Below, piece by piece: positions 27,912 to 37,503 of a stretch of 64,000 nucleotides of DNA. Within the stretch, counting starts at the first letter, position 1. Each line of letters begins with the position of its first letter. The DNA is from Bacteroidaceae bacterium. Its GTDB lineage: Bacteria; Bacteroidota; Bacteroidia; Bacteroidales; Bacteroidaceae. The notes beneath the pieces were generated by a model. The model saw only the letters and a program-made list of their open reading frames with translations. It made no database searches and was not told the DNA's origin. Made by a program: the position numbers and the translations under genes. The DNA is taken from assembly GCA_017429525.1 (NCBI GenBank), contig JAFROT010000030.1, positions 113,776 to 177,775 on the forward strand. Reading direction: 5' to 3'.

Positions 27912-29189
27912 CTATTGGCTCAGCAACACGCAGACACGGTCCTGGAAGTCGCGGCCCTCAGCCATGCGCCGCACGCCCTGGTTCATGATGGCGAAGGCGA
28001 TGAGGTGGCCCGTGGAGCGCTGCGTCGTATAGCCCACGAGCGTCGACACGGCACTGACCGAACCCGTCTTGGCCCGCACGTTCTGCGCCGCCGGCGTGCC
28101 TGCCATGCGACTCTTCAGCGTGCCGTCGACGGCCGCTATGGGCAGGGCCGCCAGCAAGGGCGTGCAGATGCTGTCGGGGCGCTGAGCGGCGTAGGTGAGC
28201 AGACGTGTGAACGCCTCCGGCGTCTGATAGTTGTAGAGCGAGAGGCCGCTGCCGTCGGCGATGGTCGAGCCATCGGCTGCCTGCCCGCTGTAAGCACGGA
28301 TGAGGAGGTCCTGGATGCGAGCCACCACCTGCTTGCGCGTGCGTCCCATCTGATAGAAGACGCTCTCGGCACAGAGGTTGTCGCTCTGCTTCATCATCGG
28401 CTGCAGGACGGCGGTCAGCGGACGACTGACCACGGCCAGCGTACGTGCCGACGCAGGCGTAGTGCCGACGCTGACGGCGCCGACGCGTATGCCTGCCGCT
28501 TTCAAGGCGGCCTGCAACTGACTCACCAACGTGGGCTTGCCGCCGCAGAGCAACGGCGAGAGCGTGGGATTCTCGTCGTCCCAGCACCAGCCCCAGCCGA
28601 ACTCGTCGGCATCCTTCAGCGAAGCGTCCGTGACGAGGCGACCCGTGATGCTGCGCACGCCGGCCGCTCGCAACTGGTTGACCAGCGAGCGCACGTCGGC
28701 CACGCTGAGCAACGGGTCCATGCCACCGCGCACGTAGAGGTCGCCACGCAACACGCTGCCATCGACGGCGCCCGTCGTGCTGAGCGTAGTGCGCAGCGGA
28801 TAGTTGGGCCCTAAGAGGTCGAGGGCGGCAATGGCCGTGACCACCTTCTCGCTCGACGCCGGCCGCATTCGCTGGCGCGCGCCGTGGCTAAACAGCTGTT
28901 CGCCTGTCGTGAGATCCACGATGCTGAGTCCCAGCTGCGTACTCTCGAAGAGCGTATCAGCCACCAACGCCGCAAGCCCCTGTTGCAGGGGCGAGAGCTG
29001 ACTGCGCGCCTCGTCTTTAGCGGGCTTACTGACTTTGGGCTGGGCTACTTGATCGCCCTGCGCCGAGAGAGCGATCGGATTGACACCCGCATCGGGGTGA
29101 GCCTGACGCCGCTGCACGCGGCTCGTCGTGCCGCAACCGCACAACACCAGCGCAGCGGCGAGCACCAAAAGGAGTTTCCTTCGTTTCAT
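27912..29189 (-). CDS. dacB: D-alanyl-D-alanine carboxypeptidase/endopeptidase (PBP4, peptidase S13)
   Basis: Signal/lipobox MKRRKLLLVLAAALVLCGCG at the ATG at 29189. PASSEKV (SxxK), SDN, KTGS motifs. The listed ORF extends upstream to 29474 without support. Confidence 0.85.
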   Translation of the reverse strand: MKRRKLLLVLAAALVLCGCGTTSRVQRRQAHPDAGVNPIALSAQGDQVAQPKVSKPAKDEARSQLSPLQQGLAALVADTLFESTQLGLSIVDLTTGEQLFSHGARQRMRPASSEKVVTAIAALDLLGPNYPLRTTLSTTGAVDGSVLRGDLYVRGGMDPLLSVADVRSLVNQLRAAGVRSITGRLVTDASLKDADEFGWGWCWDDENPTLSPLLCGGKPTLVSQLQAALKAAGIRVGAVSVGTTPASARTLAVVSRPLTAVLQPMMKQSDNLCAESVFYQMGRTRKQVVARIQDLLIRAYSGQAADGSTIADGSGLSLYNYQTPEAFTRLLTYAAQRPDSICTPLLAALPIAAVDGTLKSRMAGTPAAQNVRAKTGSVSAVSTLVGYTTQRSTGHLIAFAIMNQGVRRMAEGRDFQDRVCVLLSQ

Positions 29190-29439
29190 GCCGCAAAGAT
29201 AACAATTCCTCACGAACCCACCTAATTTTACGACCAAATCAACAAAAAAACGCCTCATTTCTTGTGCCTCCCTACATCCTCGGAAGCAGTCCATTACTAT
29301 TCCAACAGTCGCCCGTTCCACCATTCCCATCACATTACACCAACCGACATATCGCCTTGCACATATAGTCGTAAAGCCCTGAACGACCGCTCGCACAGCC
29401 CTACACATACAGACGCATTGCCCTACGCGACTATATGTG

Positions 29440-29469
29440 TTCGTTATTCGGTCGCGACCGAATAACGAA
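29440..29469. repeat. perfect 26-30-bp palindrome
   Basis: cgttattcggtcg|cgaccgaataacg (29442-29467), extendable by 2 A-T pairs. Confidence 0.8.
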
Positions 29470-29652
29470 GTCACCTATATCAATTCACCGATTCCACCAG
29501 TCAACTGACCCTGCACGAGCAAAGCATTCACCATTGTTGACCCCTCGACCAATCTACGTCCTCCCATCGACCAGCCTTCGTCCTCCCGCTACCGAGCGCC
29601 CATCTTCTATGCTCTCACGCGCGCACGCGCACGTAAAAACTTTTGCGAGCAC

Positions 29653-29843
29653 CTACACTTTAGCACTCTTTTACACCCATTCACTTGACTAACAATGAAA
29701 TAACCATATCAAAAACGGTGTAGTTTGGGTGTAATTTACAGTGCTAAAGTGTAGTTTGTGCCTCAAAATCGCCAAAAATGTCGTCAAAAACAGGCAAATC
29801 TCGTCAAAAGTCGTTCACAAATGCACAAAAGTCGTTCACAAAT
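29653..29843. repeat. nested inverted repeat plus ~21-bp direct repeats at the left flank of the accessory region
   Basis: ctacactttagcact (29653-29667) / agtgctaaagtgtag (29740-29754). tacaccc/gggtgta nested. caaaagtcgttcacaaat at 29805 and 29826. tcgtcaaaa at about 29780 and 29801. Confidence 0.7.
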
Positions 29844-29893
29844 CAACTAATGTCATTACCTTTTTTAGCGGAAAAGACACGTTCGGAATATCT

Positions 29894-30421
29894 TTAGAAC
29901 CTATACAGGACACCGCCTTGCACGAAGTCTTGCATACCTACGCCTGCCTCAAGATAGCCCCGCCAATGTTTCTTTCCGACCTCAACGCCGACAGGCGAGA
30001 GCTGAAAATCGACGAAAAATCTGTTGTCGTAGTTGATATAATAGGCATACATGAGACCAACTCCCACGCGGGAATACAAACTCACCTTCTCGCGATTCAG
30101 CCAAGACCACTTTGCCTGAGGCATCAAGCCGTAGTAGAACTCCCGCCTGCCATACTGCTCGTAATGGGCGGTTGCGCCTAATGCCCATTTGTCGTTCAGA
30201 CGGTAGAAATAGTGAACGGAAACTGGAGCGGGGAAGGGATGGCGTGCTTCCAGTCCTTCGCCCCACGTGCCCCACCAATGTGAGTACACTATCGATGCGA
30301 AGCTGGTGTAGCCTGTGCCTAAGGCAACCTCATGGCGATATAGTCTGTCGTCCGATCTCTCCTGTGCCGAAACGCCGAGGACGAGAATGAAGGACGAAAT
30401 AATTGTCAGTAGTCGTTTCAT
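29894..30421 (-). CDS. small outer-membrane beta-barrel protein
   Basis: Signal peptide MKRLLTIISSFILVLGVSAQ. Alternating aromatic beta-strand pattern. C-terminal ...GGVLYRF. Confidence 0.6.
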   Translation of the reverse strand: MKRLLTIISSFILVLGVSAQERSDDRLYRHEVALGTGYTSFASIVYSHWWGTWGEGLEARHPFPAPVSVHYFYRLNDKWALGATAHYEQYGRREFYYGLMPQAKWSWLNREKVSLYSRVGVGLMYAYYINYDNRFFVDFQLSPVGVEVGKKHWRGYLEAGVGMQDFVQGGVLYRF

Positions 30422-30427
30422 AGTCGT

Positions 30428-31075
30428 TCAATATTCTTCTGGGTAATTCGTTCTGCAATCATAGCAAAGGCCTTTGGGATCCAGGCATTTGACGAGGATG
30501 CTCCGCTCTTTTCTTATCGGGTCGAAGGAAACGCAAACGCCCATGGCGGCTCCGATACCCTCCACCCAGCTGTCCTTGAACTTGTTGTCAGAGGTATAGA
30601 CGTCTACGACATTACGCATGATTCCCTCTATATATTTGCGAGGGGGATTAGTGGGTAGGAGGATGTAGCCGTACCAGCGTAAGATATTGCCCGATACCAG
30701 ACCAAAATCATAGAGCAGCCGTTCATCCCGCTTGCCTCTGTCGACGAACTTCACTTTCATCAGTGTGTCGCGCACGGCTCCGATGTAGTGCCATTCGGAG
30801 TCGCCATAGGTGGCCGCCTCGCGCAAGTACATCTTTTTATAATTCTTGCCTTTAAGGAGCGTGTCCCCTGCAATCTGATAGCGATATCTCTCGTGCAGAT
30901 CGTCGGTGTTTTCCGCAGCTGCGTAAACCCATACTTTTCCCTCTTCTGCAAAACTGTGATAATCCTCTGGAACCACCCGCTCGCTGTCGGGGACGATGAT
31001 ATCGTCTACAGTGCAGCCGAAGAAAGAGGACGCAATCAGGAGACAGAAAAAGGGTTTGATCAAAACTCTTGACAT
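30428..31075 (-). CDS. hypothetical lipoprotein
   Basis: Lipobox LLIASSFFGC. No recognisable domain. 6 nt upstream of the beta-barrel gene. Confidence 0.55.
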   Translation of the reverse strand: MSRVLIKPFFCLLIASSFFGCTVDDIIVPDSERVVPEDYHSFAEEGKVWVYAAAENTDDLHERYRYQIAGDTLLKGKNYKKMYLREAATYGDSEWHYIGAVRDTLMKVKFVDRGKRDERLLYDFGLVSGNILRWYGYILLPTNPPRKYIEGIMRNVVDVYTSDNKFKDSWVEGIGAAMGVCVSFDPIRKERSILVKCLDPKGLCYDCRTNYPEEY

Positions 31076-31117
31076 TGTATTGCTATTCCTGGTTATATTG
31101 GTATAACGTTTAAGATG

Positions 31118-31575
31118 TCAATTTATTTTAAGTTGAGCGCCTAAATTTACTTTGAAACCATTCTTTATGAAAACCCTGTGATTACCTTGAATAGTCAACT
31201 TGCCTCCGTTGACAATCACATTCCCTTCTGCTTCTAAGTCTGTTACGTCATTTCCAACATAAATGTTATCGCCAGTGATAGTAGAGTTGGTTGAAAAAAT
31301 TCGATTCTGCACATATACATTATTTCCGATATTTTTATGAACCTCCGTCGTAAAGGCTGCATAATTAGGTTTAGTAACAGTTACGATAAAATCAGCCGCA
31401 TTGGTATGGGATAAATCAAAAGAGTAACTGGATTATAGTATCATCAACAGCCACCGTCGATAGCAAAGTTAAGTCCTTTATAGAGCTTGGAAACTCAAGC
31501 GTAGAGCTCATATCGTCAAACTTATGAATACTAATCGGTACGGGAATGATGCTAATATTGTCAAGTGAATCAATA
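31118..31575 (-). pseudogene. frameshifted 3' fragment of a large surface-protein gene
   Basis: Two minus-strand reading segments, (R)IDSLDNISIIPVPISIHKFDD...TIIQLLF* and SYSFDLSHTNAADFIVTVTKPNYAAFTTEV...GNHRVFIKNGFKVNLGAQLKIN*, joined only by a frameshift near 31430. No start or N-terminal part. AT-rich. Confidence 0.6.
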
Positions 31576-31577
31576 CG

Positions 31578-31721
31578 TTACTTCATCAGCACCTTCCTAC
31601 CGTCCCTGATATAGACTCCTTTCGGGAGCACGGAGGGCACGGAGCAGGCAGAGGGCACAGAGAGGCGGCGACCAGAGAGGTCGTACCAGTTTCCCAGACT
31701 CTTCGAGGCTTCCTGCTCACT
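31578..31721 (-). pseudogene. orphan T9SS C-terminal sorting domain remnant
   Basis: Minus-strand frame reads EQEASKSLGNWYDLSGRRLSVPSACSVPSVLPKGVYIRDGRKVLMK*. GC-rich, no upstream coding body. Overlaps the stop of the mini-HlyD ORF. Confidence 0.7.
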
Positions 31722-32244
31722 CTATCCCCAATACACGAGGCAGTAGGTGGCGTTCACGCAAGATTATGGTGGCAGTGGCATCCATCAACCAAGGATCTTC
31801 GCGACGATCGAGGCTCCATAGCTCGAGTTCAAAACCACCTTTACTCGTGTGGTAATCTCCTACGCAGAGCTCAATGGGATAGAGTCCCGTGGAGTCTGAA
31901 TGCTGAGGGAGCGACTGAAGTTTGGCTGTGTAGTAGCCCCAACTCCTGTCCTTCACGTCCAGGGTGATGTGTGCCTCCATCCCTGGCCGCAATTGCTTCA
32001 AATTCGATGCTTCCACGTTTGTTCGAAAGTACCATTCGTTCGGTATACCTGTCACTTCCAGCGTCCCGTGTACCACCAACGTGTCCGGCCACGGAGTAAA
32101 CCAGCCCGCTGTCAGCAACGCCACCACAATGACAGTCATCAAGGCCATCCAACAGCGTAAAGTCCATTTCGGAGTGTTCCACTTGAACATCTCCTTTTTC
32201 TCGCTGTGATCCCACAACATTTTTTTGTTCTTGTTTGCTCCCAT
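31717..32244 (-). CDS. truncated HlyD-like adaptor (TM anchor plus beta-barrel, no coiled-coil hairpin)
   Basis: WMALMTVIVVALLTAGWFTPWPDTLVVHGTLEV parallels YVSLVVTALLMVMVVLSVLITYPDTVIGEVTLTS of the 430-aa HlyD. The C-terminus ATATIILRERHLLPRVL parallels GSAEIITEPKRLIERLF. Confidence 0.6.
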   Translation of the reverse strand: MGANKNKKMLWDHSEKKEMFKWNTPKWTLRCWMALMTVIVVALLTAGWFTPWPDTLVVHGTLEVTGIPNEWYFRTNVEASNLKQLRPGMEAHITLDVKDRSWGYYTAKLQSLPQHSDSTGLYPIELCVGDYHTSKGGFELELWSLDRREDPWLMDATATIILRERHLLPRVLGIE

Positions 32245-32340
32245 TTCTTTTGATTATTAAATGTTATATACAAATTTTATATAATCCTTAAGCCTTAAGT
32301 ATACTAAAGATGTCGGGACCTACACTCACATATAATAAAA

Positions 32341-34533
32341 CTACAATTCTGGAATTCCCTGAGAAGCATAGAGGCTGTAGTAGAAACCTTTCTTCTCCAT
32401 CAGTGTCATATGATTCCCGACCTCAACGATATGCCCGTCATGCATTACAATGATTTGATCGGCCCCTCTGATTGTACTAAGTCGATGAGCAATAACTACA
32501 ACTGTCCTGTTCTCAAAAGCACTTTCCAATGCATTGACAATTTTACGTTCATTGATTGTATCAAGAGCATTGGTAGCCTCATCAAGAAAAAGGAATTGCG
32601 GGTTACGATAGAGGGCTCGAGCTATCAATAAACGTTGTTTTTGCCCTCCGCTGAGGCCTCTGCCACGTTCGCCAATCATAGTTTTAAATCCTTTGGGCAT
32701 TGCATTAATTTCATCAAGAATTTGTGCTGTTCGGCAGCAATCCAAGACTCGTTCATGGTCTATATGTTCATCATCCAGAACAATATTTCCTAGAATAGTA
32801 TCACTGAACATCTTTCCATCTTGCATTACAACACCACAAATACTTCTCCATTTACGCAGATTTATGTTCGAAACATTCATTCCTCCCATCTTAATCTCAC
32901 CGAAAGATGGTTTGTAAAGACGTACCAATAGTTTTAACAGTGTGGACTTTCCACTTCCGCTTCCACCCACAATGGCAGTCACTTTGTTTTCTGGAATATG
33001 CAAATAGATGTTTTTTAGAACTAATGGGGCATTTGATGTGTACTGGAACACAACATTTTCAAACGTAATGTCTTTTTTTTCTGGCAAAATAGTTGTAGCC
33101 CCAAGCGAAAGCAATTCCTCCTCGTCTTCCAATTGCCGGATCTCATTCATCCGCAAGAATGATATCTTAGCATACTGAGCAGAAACGACAAAATTGATAA
33201 ATTGCACAAGTGGGCCATTGAGCATCCCAAGGATAAACTGTGTGGAAATCATTACGCCAAAGGTGATATCTCCTTTGATAACGGCTGTAGCACAGAAAAA
33301 GACTATCACCATATTCTTAATGCTATCAATGAATTGTGCTCCAAGATTTTGCATATTTGTAACAGCAAGAACTCGCTTGTTTACATGATACAGGCTTGCT
33401 TGTATGCCTTCCCATTTCCAACGACGCGAACGCTCATAATTGTAGATTTTAATATCTTGTATGGCCGACACCGTTTCAACCCAATAACTTTGGTTGCGCG
33501 AGACAAGTTCGAAGTACTGCCAATCCAATCTCTTGCGGATTTTCAAGAACAGAAGTACCCATGCTATATAGCAAACCGAGCCAGCAAGAAATACGAAGAA
33601 TATGGTTACATTATATACCAAGAGGATGAGTGAGAAAACCACAAACGTCAACAATGAGAAAATCATCGACAAAGAATTGTTCATGATAAACGCCCTTATA
33701 CGCTCATGATCCTGCGCTCGCTGAAGTATATCTCCAAGGAACTTATTCTCAAAGAACGTTACTGGCAGTTTCATCAATTTTATCAGATAGTCCGAAATCA
33801 GAGCCACGTTAACACGCGCAGTAATATGCATTAGTATCCAATCCCGCATCACATTGAATAACATCACACTTATCAATATGCAGACATTACCGATAAGTAC
33901 CATGTTTATGAAATTAATGTCCGAGGTACTTATACCCACGTCTATTACGGCTTTCGAGATAAAAGGCAGAATAGCTTGCAGAGCTGTCACAATTGTCATG
34001 ATACAGAAGATAAGTGCAAACTCACGAAGATATGGTCTGAAATAGCGCAACAAACTCACTATACTATCCTTCTGCTGACGGCGTTCCAATTCTGTTGCCT
34101 TGAAATCAGCAGTGGGTTCTATTGCCATCAAGACACCTGTTTGTTCACCTCTCAGATACCATCCATGACGAAACTCTTCATGCGTGTATCGGATATGACC
34201 TTTAGCAGGATCTGCCACATAGACGAATCTTTTGTCTGCATCATAGACAACTACGAAATGGCTTTCATTCCAGAATACTATAGCTGGTAATGGAACCTTA
34301 TACACCAAATCATTCAATGCGCAACGTATTACCAACGTATGTAATCCTATCTTTTCTGCACCAGTAGCGAGATTTGCTAACGAAACACCTTCTTTCGTGA
34401 TTCCTGAAAGATCACGCAGATACTGTAAAGAGTAATAGCGACCATAATACTTCGCCACCATCTTCAATGATGCAGGACCACAATCTTGAGAGTCCATTTG
34501 GTATTCTATTGGAAAGCGTCTAAAAAAGTTCAT
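32341..34533 (-). CDS. peptidase C39 domain-containing ABC exporter (PCAT, double-glycine leader processing)
   Basis: C39 catalytic QMDSQDCGPASLKMV and NESHFVVVYD. 6-TM domain. Walker A GGSGSGKST, LSGGQKQRLLIARAL, FLFLDEATNALD. Confidence 0.92.
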   Translation of the reverse strand: MNFFRRFPIEYQMDSQDCGPASLKMVAKYYGRYYSLQYLRDLSGITKEGVSLANLATGAEKIGLHTLVIRCALNDLVYKVPLPAIVFWNESHFVVVYDADKRFVYVADPAKGHIRYTHEEFRHGWYLRGEQTGVLMAIEPTADFKATELERRQQKDSIVSLLRYFRPYLREFALIFCIMTIVTALQAILPFISKAVIDVGISTSDINFINMVLIGNVCILISVMLFNVMRDWILMHITARVNVALISDYLIKLMKLPVTFFENKFLGDILQRAQDHERIRAFIMNNSLSMIFSLLTFVVFSLILLVYNVTIFFVFLAGSVCYIAWVLLFLKIRKRLDWQYFELVSRNQSYWVETVSAIQDIKIYNYERSRRWKWEGIQASLYHVNKRVLAVTNMQNLGAQFIDSIKNMVIVFFCATAVIKGDITFGVMISTQFILGMLNGPLVQFINFVVSAQYAKISFLRMNEIRQLEDEEELLSLGATTILPEKKDITFENVVFQYTSNAPLVLKNIYLHIPENKVTAIVGGSGSGKSTLLKLLVRLYKPSFGEIKMGGMNVSNINLRKWRSICGVVMQDGKMFSDTILGNIVLDDEHIDHERVLDCCRTAQILDEINAMPKGFKTMIGERGRGLSGGQKQRLLIARALYRNPQFLFLDEATNALDTINERKIVNALESAFENRTVVVIAHRLSTIRGADQIIVMHDGHIVEVGNHMTLMEKKGFYYSLYASQGIPEL

Positions 34534-35822
34534 TTTCCCTGTTGTGATTTTAGATTATCAAATAGCCGTTCGATGAGTCGTTTTGGTTCCGTAATAATCT
34601 CTGCTGAACCATGAGCTTCATACCCAACATCCAACGTAACACCGTAATTTGTCTGAAGTCCTTTTGGGAAATCCATCAATACCAAATAACTTTCCCTATT
34701 ACCGTTCAGAGTCTGCACTGATTGCTTTAAGTGCGAGATATGCTTCACTCGACCTTCCAAATGGCCAAACTCATCATAAGGATAGTTTTCTAGTTTCACA
34801 CTTACACGCTGTCCAACTTCCACTTTACCAAAACCTAAGGCTGATATATGTGCTTCACCGAAAATATTACCACGGAAAGGGAGTACAGTAAACAATATCT
34901 TCCCAGGCGTCACCATTTCATTCTCTCGCCAGAATCCCAGATATTCAAGACGCCCATTTATTGCAGACGTCAGAAGATAACGTTCCTTCCATTGTCGCAA
35001 TGAACTCCGCAATTCGTCTTCTTTCACCCGTACATAATTCAAAGCCTTATTGAGTTCTTCTTTCTCATTTATGCTCACTCGAGCTTTCTCAATTTGATTT
35101 TGCTGAATTTCCGACTGAGTTGAAAGGAAATTACTTTCTTGACTTATCTGCCTCTGCTCAAAAGCTATCACAGCACTATACCGATGTTCCATGTCTTCAT
35201 CACTGATGGCACCCTCATTATGTAATATACTATCTTTCACTAAGCGCAAACGTGATAGTTGCAAATCACCTTCATTCATTAGTAATTGGCGTTTCTGAAT
35301 CTCTGCTAAAGCATAATGAACCTGTATTTGTGCATCAAGCGACTGCAGCATATTCTTATAGACACTTGTCGAACGCAGTTGTTCCAGTTGCTGGCGAGCA
35401 AATACGACCTCATTGTACATACTACTTAAATTGCCTAATACCAATGACGGCAAGGGCTCGTTACTCATAGCATTACGACCTAAAAGGGAGTCCAGTAACA
35501 AAATGTCTGGCAACAACGCACCATCATCTACAAATGCAATAATATCCCCTACACAAACAGAGTCACCATCGGCATGCAACAGATGTAAACGCCCTGTCGA
35601 AGTTGCGACAAGACGGACAGGTGCGACCTCCGATGTTAAAGTAACCTCGCCAATCACGGTATCAGGGTATGTGATAAGGACGCTTAATACAACCATCACC
35701 ATTAATAAAGCTGTCACCACAAGCGATACATAGCGTGTCCATCCTGTCGGCATACGTTCAATTATATCTTGGACTTCTTCTGAACGGAACATCAGGTTTT
35801 CTTCATTTCGTACGGTATTCAT
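34530..35822 (-). CDS. HlyD family secretion adaptor protein
   Basis: N-terminal TM, long heptad-rich central region, C-terminal beta-barrel. ATGA overlaps with both neighbouring genes. Confidence 0.85.
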   Translation of the reverse strand: MNTVRNEENLMFRSEEVQDIIERMPTGWTRYVSLVVTALLMVMVVLSVLITYPDTVIGEVTLTSEVAPVRLVATSTGRLHLLHADGDSVCVGDIIAFVDDGALLPDILLLDSLLGRNAMSNEPLPSLVLGNLSSMYNEVVFARQQLEQLRSTSVYKNMLQSLDAQIQVHYALAEIQKRQLLMNEGDLQLSRLRLVKDSILHNEGAISDEDMEHRYSAVIAFEQRQISQESNFLSTQSEIQQNQIEKARVSINEKEELNKALNYVRVKEDELRSSLRQWKERYLLTSAINGRLEYLGFWRENEMVTPGKILFTVLPFRGNIFGEAHISALGFGKVEVGQRVSVKLENYPYDEFGHLEGRVKHISHLKQSVQTLNGNRESYLVLMDFPKGLQTNYGVTLDVGYEAHGSAEIITEPKRLIERLFDNLKSQQGK

Positions 35823-37300
35823 AAGTATTCCTCCTCAAGATTCTTTTTTTTTACAAAATCATACAGTGTAATTGTGCGTAGCTGATAGTATTCACTGAAC
35901 AAAGATTGTAGCGCTGAGAGCATATTCTTGAGAGATTCGCGCAGAGATTTGTGTGCATCTATAACCTCTGCAAGTGAAAACTCACCTTGGCTGAAACGAA
36001 GCATGGCAAGACGATATTGCTCCTGAGCTAAGGCGTATTGTTTTAGACCCAAACGATAACTGGCTGACGATTGATTGTAAACTTTTATGCTTTTATGGAT
36101 TTCTTGTTCTGCTTTTAGTAGAGATTCATTTATTCCTATTTGTGCCTGCTGGTAGTCATTCTCAGCCATCCTTCGACGATTACGACTAATACCCCAGTCA
36201 AAAGATGGAATACTCAGTGTCAGGCTTATACTTTGTCGATGATTAGGATGTCGATAGGCATTGCTGAATGTGTGAGCAAATTGATTAAGTCCATAATTAA
36301 TTGAAAGTTCTCCTCCGAGCCGAGTCGACAAACGCTGTTTCCTCAAAGTCTGCAACACCTGTTGTCGTTGAAGTTCCAAAGCTAGAACTTTCGGGGTGTT
36401 GGCCTGAGCAACAGCATACACCTCATTTTCGTCCAGCAAAAGTGGTAGGGCTGCAGCATCTGGTTTCACTACGTTGACATCCAACTCCACTAGGCCCAAA
36501 CGAGAACGTAACAAAAACAAGGCATCATTCAACTCTGTCTGAGAAGCCACCAAGGCTTGTTCTGCTTCAAATCGCTCAAGACGAATCACGTTTAATTCAT
36601 AGTCTGTGACATATCCGAGTTTACGACGCAACTGGCCAAAAGCCAACAAGGTATCACTAGCAGAAACATCCTGCTCTGCCTGCTCTTTCTCAACTTGAGC
36701 CATATAAGCTTTCAGATAAAGACGAGCTACATCTTGTTGCTCGTTTGCTAGAGCAGTGCAAAGCGTCTTCACAGCTACTTTGTACTGCAGGCGATTGATG
36801 GAACGCTCTATGATGTAGTCTTTATAGCCACCACGAAGACCTTGGCTATAACTTAAAGAGAATGGTGTAGAACTAAAGTTGTTTCGTGAGCCCGTGAATT
36901 CGCGCAGATAACTTAATCCAGAACTTGCCGTTAATATGCCGCCCAAAGGCCCAATCCTTTGCGAAAGGGTCAATGTAGCAACTGATGTGTTGACATAATC
37001 CTCCACACTGTGATACTCGCCTTTCTGTGGGTCTTGTAGAAGTCTCAAAGAGCGATTGAAACTTATTGGGTTCACGCTAAGTCCAATCATCGGCAGAAAG
37101 TCTTTCTTGTAGTTCTCATATTTGAGGACAGAGTTCTCATAATGCAATCGAGCTGAACGCGAACGAGGAGAGAGAAGAGCCTGCTTTTCTACCAAATAAG
37201 CAAACGACTTCGTATCCGTTTCACTAGACATCAGATTAAATCTGCATGACATCATCAATATTATAGCAACAAAAAGCCTATCCATTTTTATTGTACTCAA
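35819..37300 (-). CDS. TolC family outer-membrane channel
   Basis: 493 aa, signal sequence, two-fold repeated helix/strand pattern. First gene of the TolC-HlyD-PCAT operon. Confidence 0.8.
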   Translation of the reverse strand: MSTIKMDRLFVAIILMMSCRFNLMSSETDTKSFAYLVEKQALLSPRSRSARLHYENSVLKYENYKKDFLPMIGLSVNPISFNRSLRLLQDPQKGEYHSVEDYVNTSVATLTLSQRIGPLGGILTASSGLSYLREFTGSRNNFSSTPFSLSYSQGLRGGYKDYIIERSINRLQYKVAVKTLCTALANEQQDVARLYLKAYMAQVEKEQAEQDVSASDTLLAFGQLRRKLGYVTDYELNVIRLERFEAEQALVASQTELNDALFLLRSRLGLVELDVNVVKPDAAALPLLLDENEVYAVAQANTPKVLALELQRQQVLQTLRKQRLSTRLGGELSINYGLNQFAHTFSNAYRHPNHRQSISLTLSIPSFDWGISRNRRRMAENDYQQAQIGINESLLKAEQEIHKSIKVYNQSSASYRLGLKQYALAQEQYRLAMLRFSQGEFSLAEVIDAHKSLRESLKNMLSALQSLFSEYYQLRTITLYDFVKKKNLEEEYL

Positions 37301-37354
37301 TAATAACGTTTTCTACATCACATACTCCCTAAGTTCTGGAATAATAAGGAAATG

Positions 37355-37399
37355 TTCAAAAAAATCCTATATATGGGTGCCCAAATCTGGCACCCATAT
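37355..37399 (-). terminator. rho-independent terminator of the 970-aa gene
   Basis: atatgggtgcc (37371-37381) pairs with ggcacccatat (37389-37399). On the minus strand it is followed by ataggattttttt. Confidence 0.75.
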
Positions 37400-37503
37400 T
37401 GCAATAATCAATCATTTATTTAACGATCCATAAAACAACATTAAAAATGATAACTTTATCCAGTCGCTTTATCCATAATCAAGTCCGCATTAACTCGCCA
37501 TAC

